DNA of 64,000 nucleotides from Myxococcota bacterium (lineage in GTDB: Bacteria > Myxococcota_A > Polyangia > Nannocystales > Nannocystaceae): the NCBI GenBank assembly GCA_039028615.1, contig JBCCHT010000017.1:128001-192000 (forward strand). The letters run 5' to 3'. The notes under the pieces were generated by a model that was not told the DNA's origin, did not search any database, and was given only the letters and a program-made list of their open reading frames with translations. Shown here piece after piece: positions 50,845-62,508 of this stretch. The stretch's first letter is position 1. Each line of letters starts with the position of its first letter. A program made the translations under genes and the position numbers.

Positions 50845-51651
50845 ATGACCCCGCTGTACCGCGCGTTCGAGACCGACGACATCGAGGAATTCCTGTCGCT
50901 CGCACTGCCGCCCGCGTGGAAGGGCGTCGCTTCGCGGATCTTGGAATCCGGCGTCACCCTGGCGGCCAGCGGCGGCCCGTGGTGCCCGGGCTGGACCCCC
51001 GTGCCGCTCACCCTCCGCGGCGAAGGCGAGGACCTCCAGACCCGGGTGACCCGCTCGGTCATGTATCGGGTCCACGACTGCCTGCACAACCTATGGCCGC
51101 AGCCGCACCCGCAGCGCACCGAAGCGGGGCGCATCGCCTACAAGCGCATCCAGATGGCGGGCGAGGTCGCGGTGCTCACCCTCACCGAGTTCGGCTACGG
51201 CGAGTGGCTCTTCGACACCTATCCGCAGCTGCGCCCCGTCGTCGCGCCGCGTGTCGCCGTAGGGCTGCGCAAAGGCCTGTTCCGGCACCTGTCCCTCGAG
51301 CAGATCGCCCACCGCATCGCCGACATCCTGCACATGGGCAAGGAATACGCCTGGGCCCGCGACAACCCCGAAGTGCAGTCCTGGCTCGATTACTACGGAC
51401 CGATGCTCGCCGCCGACCGAGCGCTCGTCGATCGATGCTGGGCCGCCATCCATGCCCACGACTGGCAGCCGCCCGCCGATGCCCCCAGCGCGCGCACGGG
51501 CATGGAGCTCACCGGTCGCGAGACCACCGCGTGGATGGTGCAGGACTTCGACCACCTCGTCCGCAGCCACGCCGCCCCCGACTGGGGCCTCGTCCGGCTC
51601 AACCGCGCCCGTCGGGCCGACATCCAGCTCCCGGGGCAGTGGGGCTCCTGA
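50845..51651 (+). CDS. Hypothetical protein with an HDxxH...E putative metal-binding motif
   Basis: YRVHDCLHNLW...AGEVAVLTLTEF; typical codon usage; TGATG coupling to the next gene. Confidence 0.7.
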   Translation: MTPLYRAFETDDIEEFLSLALPPAWKGVASRILESGVTLAASGGPWCPGWTPVPLTLRGEGEDLQTRVTRSVMYRVHDCLHNLWPQPHPQRTEAGRIAYKRIQMAGEVAVLTLTEFGYGEWLFDTYPQLRPVVAPRVAVGLRKGLFRHLSLEQIAHRIADILHMGKEYAWARDNPEVQSWLDYYGPMLAADRALVDRCWAAIHAHDWQPPADAPSARTGMELTGRETTAWMVQDFDHLVRSHAAPDWGLVRLNRARRADIQLPGQWGS

Positions 51652-52115
51652 TGCGCGCCTACCTCATCCCCATCGCCACCGTCGAGGCCAAGGGCCAGCG
51701 CTACGCCGTGGCGTTGTTGCAGCGCAAGGATCACCTGCTGGGCCCCCACCTCTGCGACAAGATGCTCGCCGTCGGGGGCAAGGTCGAGCCCGGCGAGACC
51801 CCGCGCGTCGCCGCCCTCCGAGAGCTCGCCGAGGAAGTCCCCGGCTGGTGGCACGCCACCATGGGCGCGGCCACGCCCGAGGCCGAGCAGCTCGAGCCGC
51901 TGCTCCACGACGAGGAGATCGCCGTGTTCGTCGTCGAGGCCAAAGCGGACGCCGTCGCCACGCGACGGTTCATTCACAGCACTCAGGAGGGCGTGCCCGC
52001 GGTACTCACCCTCGCCGCGATCCGAGCCCTGCCCGACGCGTGCTGGGTCTATCCGCAGATGAAGGCGCCGCTGCTCGAGCGCCTCGCTGCGCTCGAAACC
52101 TCGCTCGCCGGATAG
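51651..52115 (+). CDS. NUDIX hydrolase
   Basis: Nudix box GGKVEPGETPRVAALRELAEEV. Confidence 0.85.
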   Translation: MRAYLIPIATVEAKGQRYAVALLQRKDHLLGPHLCDKMLAVGGKVEPGETPRVAALRELAEEVPGWWHATMGAATPEAEQLEPLLHDEEIAVFVVEAKADAVATRRFIHSTQEGVPAVLTLAAIRALPDACWVYPQMKAPLLERLAALETSLAG

Positions 52116-52124
52116 GCAGGCGCT

Positions 52125-52850
52125 CTACCCCCTGGCGAGTAGGGCTGCCGTAACGGTGATCGTCATGTTCCACGTCAGGTGCACCGCCGTGACGACGAGC
52201 AACGACCGATGGCGAGCGAACAATAGACCCAACAACCCCCCGAGGAGGATCGGCTCCATGGGCCATCCACCGTACGAGTAGCCGTAGATCCATACATGGG
52301 CGACGACGAACACCGCCGTCGAGCACACGACTGCGATTCGGTTTCCAAACCGCGACGCGATCGCCGTCTGCAAGATGCTCCGGTAGATCACTTCTTCGGC
52401 GAACGCACCCACGGCCCCAAATACGACCACGGCCGCCCAGATCGAAGCGGGAGAGGATCCTATGCCGTTGGCCAGCCGAAGCTGGGCAAACTGTTGCATC
52501 ACATCCGTCGCGAACTCTCGCTGTTCGGGGCCAAGGCTCGAGCCCCACCACACCCATCCCCACAACCAGGCTACGATGGCCGCACTCACAACGGTCACAT
52601 AGATGATGGCCGGCCTGAGCGACACGGCGGCTCCCCGCAAACCAACCTGCTGCTCGGTCAAATGGCGGCCGACGATCAGTGCCCGGAGGCTGACGACCGT
52701 GATGAGCAGATACGCAACGAAAATCAGAACCCGGCTCGGCCCCGCCCCCGACAGCGGTGTCAGCAGCTCATGCCGAGCCACGAGGGCAATCGCCCAAAAC
52801 ACGGCAAGCGACGCGGCGACGAGCACCCAGCCCGTCGCGCGCAACTTCAC
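52125..52850 (-). CDS. CPBP family (CAAX/Abi) intramembrane metalloprotease
   Basis: AEEVIYR, FVVAH, AVHLTWN motifs and multiple TM helices. Start uncertain. Confidence 0.85.
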   Translation of the reverse strand: MKLRATGWVLVAASLAVFWAIALVARHELLTPLSGAGPSRVLIFVAYLLITVVSLRALIVGRHLTEQQVGLRGAAVSLRPAIIYVTVVSAAIVAWLWGWVWWGSSLGPEQREFATDVMQQFAQLRLANGIGSSPASIWAAVVVFGAVGAFAEEVIYRSILQTAIASRFGNRIAVVCSTAVFVVAHVWIYGYSYGGWPMEPILLGGLLGLLFARHRSLLVVTAVHLTWNMTITVTAALLARG

Positions 52851-53041
52851 CTCGTGATTCGAGGAACTAGAGGACACCGACCATCCGCAGGACCGTAGCG
52901 AGGCGAACGGCCGTCGCCAAAAGGGGCGGCCTGGAGGCCTCGCGTTGAGCATCGATTGGCGATGCCTCGAACGGCAGTTCTGGATGGCGTCCCGTTGGTT
53001 CCGTGCCCGTTAGCCGAACACTCTTTGGAATCGCGGCGCCT

Positions 53042-55300
<2,259 letters not shown>

Positions 55301-55324
55301 GCGGCAGGGACCGCCACGCCCTCG

Positions 55325-55939
55325 CTACCCCTCCAACGCGGCGGGGGACTGGTTCTCGATGGTCGGCCAGTTGGTCTTGACCTTGGTCATGTTGCCGGCC
55401 TGGTCTTCGAGGAACTTCGCTTTGACCTCTTCGTTGAGGAACACGTAGAGCGAATCGTCGTCGATGAGCCACACGCTGGGGTCACCGTCGAACTTCTTGC
55501 CAAGGACGACGCCAAACGTGCACCAGCCCCCGTTGGCGGGGGAGTAGCGCTCGGGCTCCGCGGAGAACTTCTTCATGTTCTCCTCGCTGGAGAACTGCCA
55601 CTTGGCGCCCTTCCACTCGAAGGTGTGCTCGGCCCTGCCCAGCAGCGCTTGGCCATCGGTGTGATACGCGAGCGGATCGAAGCCCCGGAGGCCACGGCCC
55701 TGCTCGTCGAGGTTGATGTCATGGGTCGGAGCGTCGGCCTTGGCCGCGACCTTGGTCTCGTCGGCACCGGCCTTCTTCTCGTCGGCCTTGGCCTCGCCCT
55801 TCTTCTCGTCCTTGGCCTTGGCCTTGGCCTCGTCCTTCTTCTCGGCCTTGGCCTTGGTCTCTGCTTTGGAGCCTGCGTCATCGCATCCGAAGGCGGCGAG
55901 AGCGAGGGCGAGCGAGAACGGAACGAGCGTGCGTGGCAT
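55325..55939 (-). CDS. YHS domain-containing (seleno)protein family lipoprotein, Cys form
   Basis: Lipobox AFGC, Lys/Ala/Glu linker, GFDPLAY, WQFSSEEN..F..EPERY.P..GGWC. Confidence 0.85.
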   Translation of the reverse strand: MPRTLVPFSLALALAAFGCDDAGSKAETKAKAEKKDEAKAKAKDEKKGEAKADEKKAGADETKVAAKADAPTHDINLDEQGRGLRGFDPLAYHTDGQALLGRAEHTFEWKGAKWQFSSEENMKKFSAEPERYSPANGGWCTFGVVLGKKFDGDPSVWLIDDDSLYVFLNEEVKAKFLEDQAGNMTKVKTNWPTIENQSPAALEG

Positions 55940-56172
55940 GGACGGAGCCTATCCTGCCACACACATCGAGGCCTTTCGTGGGGGTGAACATGCATAACTC
56001 GCCGATTGCGTCGTTCGCTTGGTGAGGAACACACGGGTTCTCGCGCGAACCGTAGGTCAATCCCTTCCTTCTTGGGGGGAACTCACTGTTCGGGGCAAAG
56101 CGCCACATCCCCACGCGCGCAACGAAAGATTTCAATCGAACCCTCGGCCGGAAACACCCGGCGCACGAACGC

Positions 56173-56661
56173 TCAAGCGTTGCGTCGCCAGTGCCCCGAC
56201 TTACCGCCTCGCTTCTCGACGAGCAGGGTCTGCTCGACGACCATGCCGCGGTCCATCGCCTTGCACATGTCGTAGATGGTCAGCGCACCGACGCTCGCCG
56301 CCATCATCGCTTCCATCTCGGGGCCCGTGCGATCGACCGCCCGGACCTCGGCCGAGACTTCCACTCCCGGCAAGTCATCGAGCAACTCGAAGGTCACACT
56401 GACCGCGGTCACTCGCACCGGGTGGCACAAGGGGATGAGCTCGGCGCAGCGCTTGGTCGCGCCGATCGCCGCGAGCCGAGCCACCCCGAGCACGTCACCC
56501 TTGCCCACCTGCCCCGCGGCGATGCGATCGTAGGTCGCCGCGGCCATCCGCACGCGGGCGATGGCCCGTGCCTGCCGAGGCGTCTCCGGCTTGGCATCGA
56601 TCTCCACCATGTGGGCCGCTCCCGCCGGAGAAAAGTGGGTGAGCGGGTCGTCGCTGGCCAT
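56173..56661 (-). CDS. moaC: Cyclic pyranopterin monophosphate synthase MoaC
   Basis: LTHF...AHMV, KGDVL, LIPLCHP, EMEA, TIYDMCKA, KRGGKSG. Confidence 0.96.
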   Translation of the reverse strand: MASDDPLTHFSPAGAAHMVEIDAKPETPRQARAIARVRMAAATYDRIAAGQVGKGDVLGVARLAAIGATKRCAELIPLCHPVRVTAVSVTFELLDDLPGVEVSAEVRAVDRTGPEMEAMMAASVGALTIYDMCKAMDRGMVVEQTLLVEKRGGKSGHWRRNA

Positions 56662-56842
56662 GGCCGGGATGGTAGCCGAGCCCACGCGAGCAGCGCACCG
56701 ACAGCCGGCCAGCGACCCCGCCCATGCCCCATCGGGCCGCTCTCGGGACAACGTGTGCTGACGAGCATTGGGGGCCCTGCGGTGTCACTGGCCCGCTTTG
56801 GCACGGCCATGATATTCGTCTCGCGCGCGTGGGTTCTGCTCC

Positions 56843-58432
56843 ATGAAAATCGGCATTCCGAAGGAGATATACGAGGGCGAGCGTAGGGTCGCGGCCACCC
56901 CCGATACGGCAAAGCGACTCCAAAAGCTCGGCTTCGAAGTGGTGATCGAGTCGGGAGCGGGTGAACTCGCCAGCTTCCCCGACTCCGCCTACCAAGAGGC
57001 GGGCTGCACCATCGCCGATGGCGTGGTCGACCTGTACGGCCAGTCCGACATCGTCGCCAAGGTTCGGCCGCCCGCCTACCACGAGGAAGCGGGCACCGAG
57101 GAGATCGAGCTGCTCGAAGAGGGCTCGACCTTCATCTCCTTCATCTGGCCCGCGCAGAACGAGGCGCTGGTCGAGATGCTGCGCGACCGCAAGGTCACCT
57201 CGCTGGCGATGGACGCGGTGCCTCGCATCAGCCGGGCGCAAAAGCTCGACGCGCTGTCTTCCATGGCCAACATCGCGGGCTACCGCGCGGTGGTCGAGGC
57301 GGCCAACAACTTCCCCCGCTTCTTCACGGGACAGATCACCGCCGCGGGCAAGGTCCCGCCGGCCAAGGTCATGGTGATCGGTGCCGGCGTGGCCGGGCTG
57401 GCCGCCATCGGCGCAGCCAAGGGCCTCGGCGCCATCGTCCGTGCCTTCGACACCCGCCCCGTCGTCAAGGAGCAGGTCGAGAGCATGGGGGCCGAGTTCC
57501 TCGAGCTCGAGTTCGAGGAGGACGGCGCTGGCGCCGGCGGCTACGCCAAGGTGATGAGCAAGGAGTTCATCGAGGCCGAGATGGCGCTGTTCCTCGAGCA
57601 GGCCAAAGAGGTGGACATCATCATCACCACCGCGCTCATCCCCGGGCGGCCCGCTCCCAAGCTCGTGCTCAAGGACCACGTCGAGGCGATGAAGCCCGGC
57701 TCGGTCATCGTCGACCTCGCCGCCGAGCAGGGAGGCAACTGCGAGCTCACCAAGCACGGTGAGATCGTCAATCACAACGGCGTCAAGATCGTCGGCTTCT
57801 CCGACCTGCCCAGCCGCATGGGCAGCGTGGCCAGCCAGCTCTACGGCACCAACATCGCCCACCTGCTCGACGACATGGGCGGGGCCGAGGGCTACAAGGT
57901 CGACCTCGAGGACGAGGTCGTTCGCGGCGCGCTCATCACCCACGAGGGCGAGATCACCTGGCCTCCGCCCAAGCCGCCCGAGCCTTCGCCCGCCGAGAAG
58001 AAGCCCGAAGCAGCCAAGCCCGCACCTGCGCCCACCCCCGCGCCGCCCCCTCCCAAGAAGAAAAAGGGAGGCGGCCACGGCATGCCGCAAAAGCAGACCT
58101 CGCCCGTCTGGCTCATCATGGCCGGCTTGGCGCTGCTGGGCATCGGCCTCGGGGCCCCGGCCTCGTTCCTGACCCACTTCACCGTGTTCGTGCTCGCCAT
58201 CTTCGTCGGCTGGCAGGTCATCTGGAACGTCAGCCCCGCGCTGCACACCCCGCTGATGAGCGTCACCAACGCGGTCAGCGGCATCATCATCATCGGCGGC
58301 ATGCTGCAGATCTCCGGCGAACCCATGTCAGCCACGGTGCTGCTGGGCGGCGCCGCGATCTTGGTCGCCACCATCAACATCGCGGGGGGCTTCTTGGTCA
58401 CCCAGCGCATGCTCCAGATGTTCAGGAAGTAG
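56843..58432 (+). CDS. pntA: NAD(P) transhydrogenase subunit alpha
   Basis: [39 protein letters not shown]. Confidence 0.97.
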   Translation: MKIGIPKEIYEGERRVAATPDTAKRLQKLGFEVVIESGAGELASFPDSAYQEAGCTIADGVVDLYGQSDIVAKVRPPAYHEEAGTEEIELLEEGSTFISFIWPAQNEALVEMLRDRKVTSLAMDAVPRISRAQKLDALSSMANIAGYRAVVEAANNFPRFFTGQITAAGKVPPAKVMVIGAGVAGLAAIGAAKGLGAIVRAFDTRPVVKEQVESMGAEFLELEFEEDGAGAGGYAKVMSKEFIEAEMALFLEQAKEVDIIITTALIPGRPAPKLVLKDHVEAMKPGSVIVDLAAEQGGNCELTKHGEIVNHNGVKIVGFSDLPSRMGSVASQLYGTNIAHLLDDMGGAEGYKVDLEDEVVRGALITHEGEITWPPPKPPEPSPAEKKPEAAKPAPAPTPAPPPPKKKKGGGHGMPQKQTSPVWLIMAGLALLGIGLGAPASFLTHFTVFVLAIFVGWQVIWNVSPALHTPLMSVTNAVSGIIIIGGMLQISGEPMSATVLLGGAAILVATINIAGGFLVTQRMLQMFRK

Positions 58433-58441
58433 GGGTACGCC

Positions 58442-59857
58442 GTGACCGAAAGTCTGCTCACCGTCGCGTACATCGCCGCCAGCGTGCTGTTCATCCTCAG
58501 CCTCGGCGGGCTGTCCAATCAGGAGTCCGCTCGCCGCGGCAACCTGTACGGCATCATCGGCATGGTCATCGCGCTCGTCGCCACCACGGCCGGCGCCCAG
58601 GTCACCGGATACGGGACCCTGGCCCTGACCGTGCTGCCCGGCGCCATCATCGGGGCCTTCCTCGCCGCCCGGGTGGCCATGACCTCCATGCCGGAGCTGG
58701 TGGCCATCCTCCACAGCTTCGTCGGCCTGGCCGCCGTGCTCGTGGGCATCGGCAGCTACATCGGCCCCGAGCCCGCCCTGGCCAGCTCCACCGAGCTGAC
58801 CATCCACCAGATCGAGATCTACATCGGCGTCTTCGTCGGCGCGATCACCTTCACCGGGTCGGTCATCGCCTTCGGTAAGCTGCGCGGCAGCATCAGCGGC
58901 AAGCCGCTCATCCTGCCCGCCCGCCACATGCTCAACCTGGGCATGGTGCTGGTCAGCGTGTACCTCGGCTACCAGTTCACCGTAGCGGGGCACGCGGCGG
59001 ACCACCCCGGCCTGATGCCGCTGCTCATCATGACCGGCATCGCCTGCGTCATCGGTGTGCACATGGTCATGGCCATCGGCGGCGCCGACATGCCGGTCGT
59101 CGTCTCCATGCTCAACAGCTACTCCGGCTGGGCCGCGTCGGCGGCGGGCTTCATGCTCGGCAACGACCTGCTCATCATCACCGGAGCGCTGGTCGGCAGT
59201 AGCGGCGCCATCCTCAGCTACATCATGTGCGCGGCGATGAACCGCTCGTTCTTCAGCGTCATCCTGGGCGGCTTCGGTACCGATGGCGGCGGGGGTGGTG
59301 GCAGCACCACCACCCAGACCCCGGAGGGCGAGGTCACCTCGGTCGAGGCGGCCGAGGTCGTGGAGCGGCTGCGTGAGGCCAACTCGGTCGTCATCATCCC
59401 CGGCTACGGCATGGCGGTGGCGCAGGCGCAGCACTCGTTGTCCGAGGTGGTGAAGATCCTGCGTAAGGCCAACAAAGAGGTCCGCTTCGCGATTCACCCC
59501 GTGGCGGGGCGGCTGCCGGGGCACATGAACGTGCTGCTGGCGGAGGCGAATGTGCCGTACGACATCGTGCTCGAGATGGATGAGATCAACGATGACTTGC
59601 CGGATACGGATATCGTGCTGGTCATTGGGGCGAACGACATCGTCAATCCTAGTGCGCAGGATGATCCGAACTCGCCGATTGCGGGGATGCCGGTGCTGGA
59701 GTGCTGGCTGTCGAAGAACACCGTCGTCATGAAGCGGTCGATGGGTACGGGGTATGCGGGGGTTGGGAATCCGCTGTTCTTCAAGGACAACACCGATATG
59801 TTGTTTGGGGATGCGAAGAAGAACGTGGATGCGATGCTGACCGAGCTTCGCGACTAG
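58442..59857 (+). CDS. pntB: NAD(P) transhydrogenase subunit beta
   Basis: [47 protein letters not shown]. Confidence 0.97.
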   Translation: MTESLLTVAYIAASVLFILSLGGLSNQESARRGNLYGIIGMVIALVATTAGAQVTGYGTLALTVLPGAIIGAFLAARVAMTSMPELVAILHSFVGLAAVLVGIGSYIGPEPALASSTELTIHQIEIYIGVFVGAITFTGSVIAFGKLRGSISGKPLILPARHMLNLGMVLVSVYLGYQFTVAGHAADHPGLMPLLIMTGIACVIGVHMVMAIGGADMPVVVSMLNSYSGWAASAAGFMLGNDLLIITGALVGSSGAILSYIMCAAMNRSFFSVILGGFGTDGGGGGGSTTTQTPEGEVTSVEAAEVVERLREANSVVIIPGYGMAVAQAQHSLSEVVKILRKANKEVRFAIHPVAGRLPGHMNVLLAEANVPYDIVLEMDEINDDLPDTDIVLVIGANDIVNPSAQDDPNSPIAGMPVLECWLSKNTVVMKRSMGTGYAGVGNPLFFKDNTDMLFGDAKKNVDAMLTELRD

Positions 59858-59884
59858 GTTGCTGCTGAACCCAGGCAACGAAGG

Positions 59885-59916
59885 AAGAGCCGTCCCTTTC
59901 GAGGGACGGCTCTTTT
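59885..59916 (+). terminator. Rho-independent terminator after pntB
   Basis: aagagccgtccc-tttcga-gggacggctctttt. Confidence 0.85.
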
Positions 59917-60004
59917 CGTTGGTTTGGGGGTGCGCGGACGGGGGGACGGAGGATGAGCGCTTCGTCTGAGGGGGCGGCTATTCGTTGGTTTGGGGGTGCG
60001 CGGA
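59915..60004 (+). repeat. 24-bp direct repeat, 2 copies
   Basis: ttcgttggtttgggggtgcgcgga at 59915-59938 and 59981-60004. Confidence 0.8.
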
Positions 60005-60215
60005 TGGGGCGTGCTCGCGCTTGGTTGGAGGGGCTGCGGTTGGCGGTAGGTCGGCGAGATGTTCGAGCGGAGGGCTTGCCTGTTTAACGGATGGAACCCT
60101 CCCCGGACGTGCTCGGCGGCCGTGGCAGCGGGGTGCTTCGCGACGGGTGGTGGCGGCCGCCTCCGCGCGACCGGGCCCCCTCCATCCTACGCGGCTTCGC
60201 TTCAGCCCTCCCCGT

Positions 60216-60610
60216 GGCTGGGGCTTCCGGGCGGACGGGGGCAAGGGCCTGCTTGGGCGGGCTGGGGCTTCCGGGCGGGTGGTGGAAAGGCCCTGCTTGC
60301 GCGGGCTGAGGCTTCCGGACAAACGGGTGAACGGGCCTGCTTGCGCGGGGGCTTCAGGGCGAACGGTGGAAAGGACCTGCTTGGGCGAGCTGAGGTCTCT
60401 TCGCGAACGGTGGAAAGGACCTGCTTGGGCGAGCTGAGGTCTCCTCGCGAACGATGGAGGGGACCTGCTTGGGCGAGCTGGGGCTTACGGGCGGGTGGTG
60501 GAGAAGGTCTGCTTGGGCGAGGCTGGGGCCTATGGGCGGGTGGTGGAGAAGGTCTGCTTGGGCGGGGCGCTTTCGAGCGGACGGGGGAATGGGGGCTGTT
60601 TGGGCGGGGG
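60216..60610 (+). repeat. Degenerate G-rich tandem repeat, about 44-bp unit, about 9 copies
   Basis: ctgcttg anchors at 60249, 60293, 60337, 60377, 60421, 60465, 60509, 60554 and a variant at 60596 (spacings 44,44,40,44,44,44,45,42). Confidence 0.9.
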
Positions 60611-60681
60611 ATTTGGTGGGGAAATGGTCCCTTTGTCGTCGATTCCTTGAGGTTGAAATGTCAGGTACATTCGCAAGGAAT

Positions 60682-61593
60682 ATGAGTATTCGAAAGGTCC
60701 TTATCTTCGTCCTGCCCCTGGCGTGTGGGCCTAGCGATCCCGTGCCCAGCGACTCTGGGGGTGGATCGACTGGTGGTGCTGCGGCGACGGGTTCGACTGG
60801 GGGCGGGACGTTGGTGACGATGCCCTCCGGGGTGAGCGGGGGGTCGAGTACGGGGGTTGTGGATGACAGCTCGGATGGGGGGGAGACGAGTACGGGGCCG
60901 GCTCCGGATTTTGGGGTGGGGCAGGAGTGCGACATCCTCCAGCAGGATTGCCCGCGTGGGTACAAGTGCATCGTCTACAACGAGGAAGGGCCGGGGAGTC
61001 TGGGTGACGACTGGGGGTGCTTCCCGGTGGTGGAGGATCCGGTCGGGGTCGGTGAGACGTGTACGGTGATCGATGGGGTCGGTAGCGGGCTGGATGACTG
61101 TCCGGTGGGCGCGGTGTGTTGGGACGTCGATGCCGAGACCAACGAGGGGTATTGCGTGTCGTATTGCATGGGGTCGAACCAGAACCCGACCTGCGAAGAC
61201 CCGGATACGTTCTGCCGGATCCCGGGGGATGCTTCGTTCGGGATGTGGTGCCTGCCCGTGTGTGATCCGCTCGGAGACGACTGTGGTGAGGGGCTGACGT
61301 GCACATCGGGTGATGGCTTCAGCTTCGGGTGCTCGCCGGATGCGTCGGGTGAGGCGGGGGCGGCGGGGGATCCCTGCGAGTTCGTGACCCAGTGTGATCC
61401 GGGGTTGGCGTGTGTGGGTGCGGAGCTGGTGCCCGACTGCACGATGTCGTCGGGATGTTGCTCGGCGTATTGCACGGTCGGTGACGACTCACCGTGTGCA
61501 CCCGGGCAGACCTGCGAGCCGTTCTACGACGAGGATCCGGCGCCGCATCCTGCCTGGGAAAACGTGGGCGTGTGCGCCCTCGGGCCTGGCTGA
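60682..61593 (+). CDS. Cys-rich lipoprotein, paralog 1
   Basis: Lipobox PLAC, Ser/Thr/Gly stalk, ECDILQQDCPRGYKC, DDC..GAVCWDVD, GCCSAYC, VGVC; RBS AAGGA. Confidence 0.85.
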   Translation: MSIRKVLIFVLPLACGPSDPVPSDSGGGSTGGAAATGSTGGGTLVTMPSGVSGGSSTGVVDDSSDGGETSTGPAPDFGVGQECDILQQDCPRGYKCIVYNEEGPGSLGDDWGCFPVVEDPVGVGETCTVIDGVGSGLDDCPVGAVCWDVDAETNEGYCVSYCMGSNQNPTCEDPDTFCRIPGDASFGMWCLPVCDPLGDDCGEGLTCTSGDGFSFGCSPDASGEAGAAGDPCEFVTQCDPGLACVGAELVPDCTMSSGCCSAYCTVGDDSPCAPGQTCEPFYDEDPAPHPAWENVGVCALGPG

Positions 61594-61599
61594 CACGGA

Positions 61600-62508
61600 G
61601 TGATGTCGATGAAGTTGCGATCCTTGTTGCTCCTGGCGCTGCCGTTTGGATGTGGCTCCACCGGACCGGTCCCCACGCGGCCCAGCGGTGAGTCGACGGG
61701 GGTCGCTTCGACATCGACCACCGACGGCGGGGACCCGGGCGTGGGGACGTCGTCGACCAGCGCGAGTGTCGGCACCACGACCGGGGCGGACGACACGACG
61801 GGGGATCCGTACGGTGGCTTCGTGGACGATCCCGATCTCGGGGTCGCGAGCGATTGCAGCATTCTGCGGCAGGACTGCCCGGCCGGCTTCAAGTGCATGA
61901 CCTACAACCCCGAGTATCCCAACAGCCTCGGCGGTCACTGGGGTTGCTTCCCGGTGGCGGAGGATCCGGTCGGTGTCGGTGAGGCCTGCAGCCAGTTCAA
62001 CGGGCCGGGCGGCGGTCTGGACGACTGCCCGCGGGGCGCCATGTGCTGGGATGTCGATCCCCGCACCAACGAAGGCTACTGCCTGGCGTTCTGCATCGAA
62101 TCGGAACCGACCCCCGTCTGCGACGACCCTCAGAACTTCTGTGTCATCGCGGGCGATGCGTCCTTCGGCATGTGGTGCTTCCCCGCCTGTGACCCTCGCC
62201 TCGACGAGTGCGGGCCCGGAGAGGCCTGCATCGGCAGCGGCTACTCCTACGTCTGCGGCCCCGACAGCTCCGGCGACGCGGGAGCAGTGGGTGACCCCTG
62301 CGATATCGCGGCCGAGTGCGATCCCGGCCTGGCCTGTGCCGACGGCCTGGCGGTTCCCGACTGCCAAGGGGCGTATGGTTGCTGCTCGGCCTACTGCACC
62401 GTCGGCGACGACTCGCCGTGCCTACCGGAGCAGACCTGCCAGCCCGTGTTCGACGACGGCGCCCCTCATCACGCGTGGGAGGGCTTGGGGGTGTGCTCGG
62501 CTGACTAG
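61600..62508 (+). CDS. Cys-rich lipoprotein, paralog 2
   Basis: Lipobox PFGC; same Cys framework as the upstream paralog. Confidence 0.85.
   Translation: MMSMKLRSLLLLALPFGCGSTGPVPTRPSGESTGVASTSTTDGGDPGVGTSSTSASVGTTTGADDTTGDPYGGFVDDPDLGVASDCSILRQDCPAGFKCMTYNPEYPNSLGGHWGCFPVAEDPVGVGEACSQFNGPGGGLDDCPRGAMCWDVDPRTNEGYCLAFCIESEPTPVCDDPQNFCVIAGDASFGMWCFPACDPRLDECGPGEACIGSGYSYVCGPDSSGDAGAVGDPCDIAAECDPGLACADGLAVPDCQGAYGCCSAYCTVGDDSPCLPEQTCQPVFDDGAPHHAWEGLGVCSAD

Noticed and set aside
55325..55939. Selenocysteine recoding in the YHS-family gene
   Set aside because: The GGWC position is TGC (Cys) and there is no in-frame TGA.
56799..56815. Sigma54 promoter before pntA (TGGCACG)
   Set aside because: The -12 GC element is absent at the required distance; the same applies to TGGCACG near 33833.
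60216..60610. CRISPR array
   Set aside because: The whole unit is degenerate-conserved with no unique spacers, and there are no cas genes in the window.
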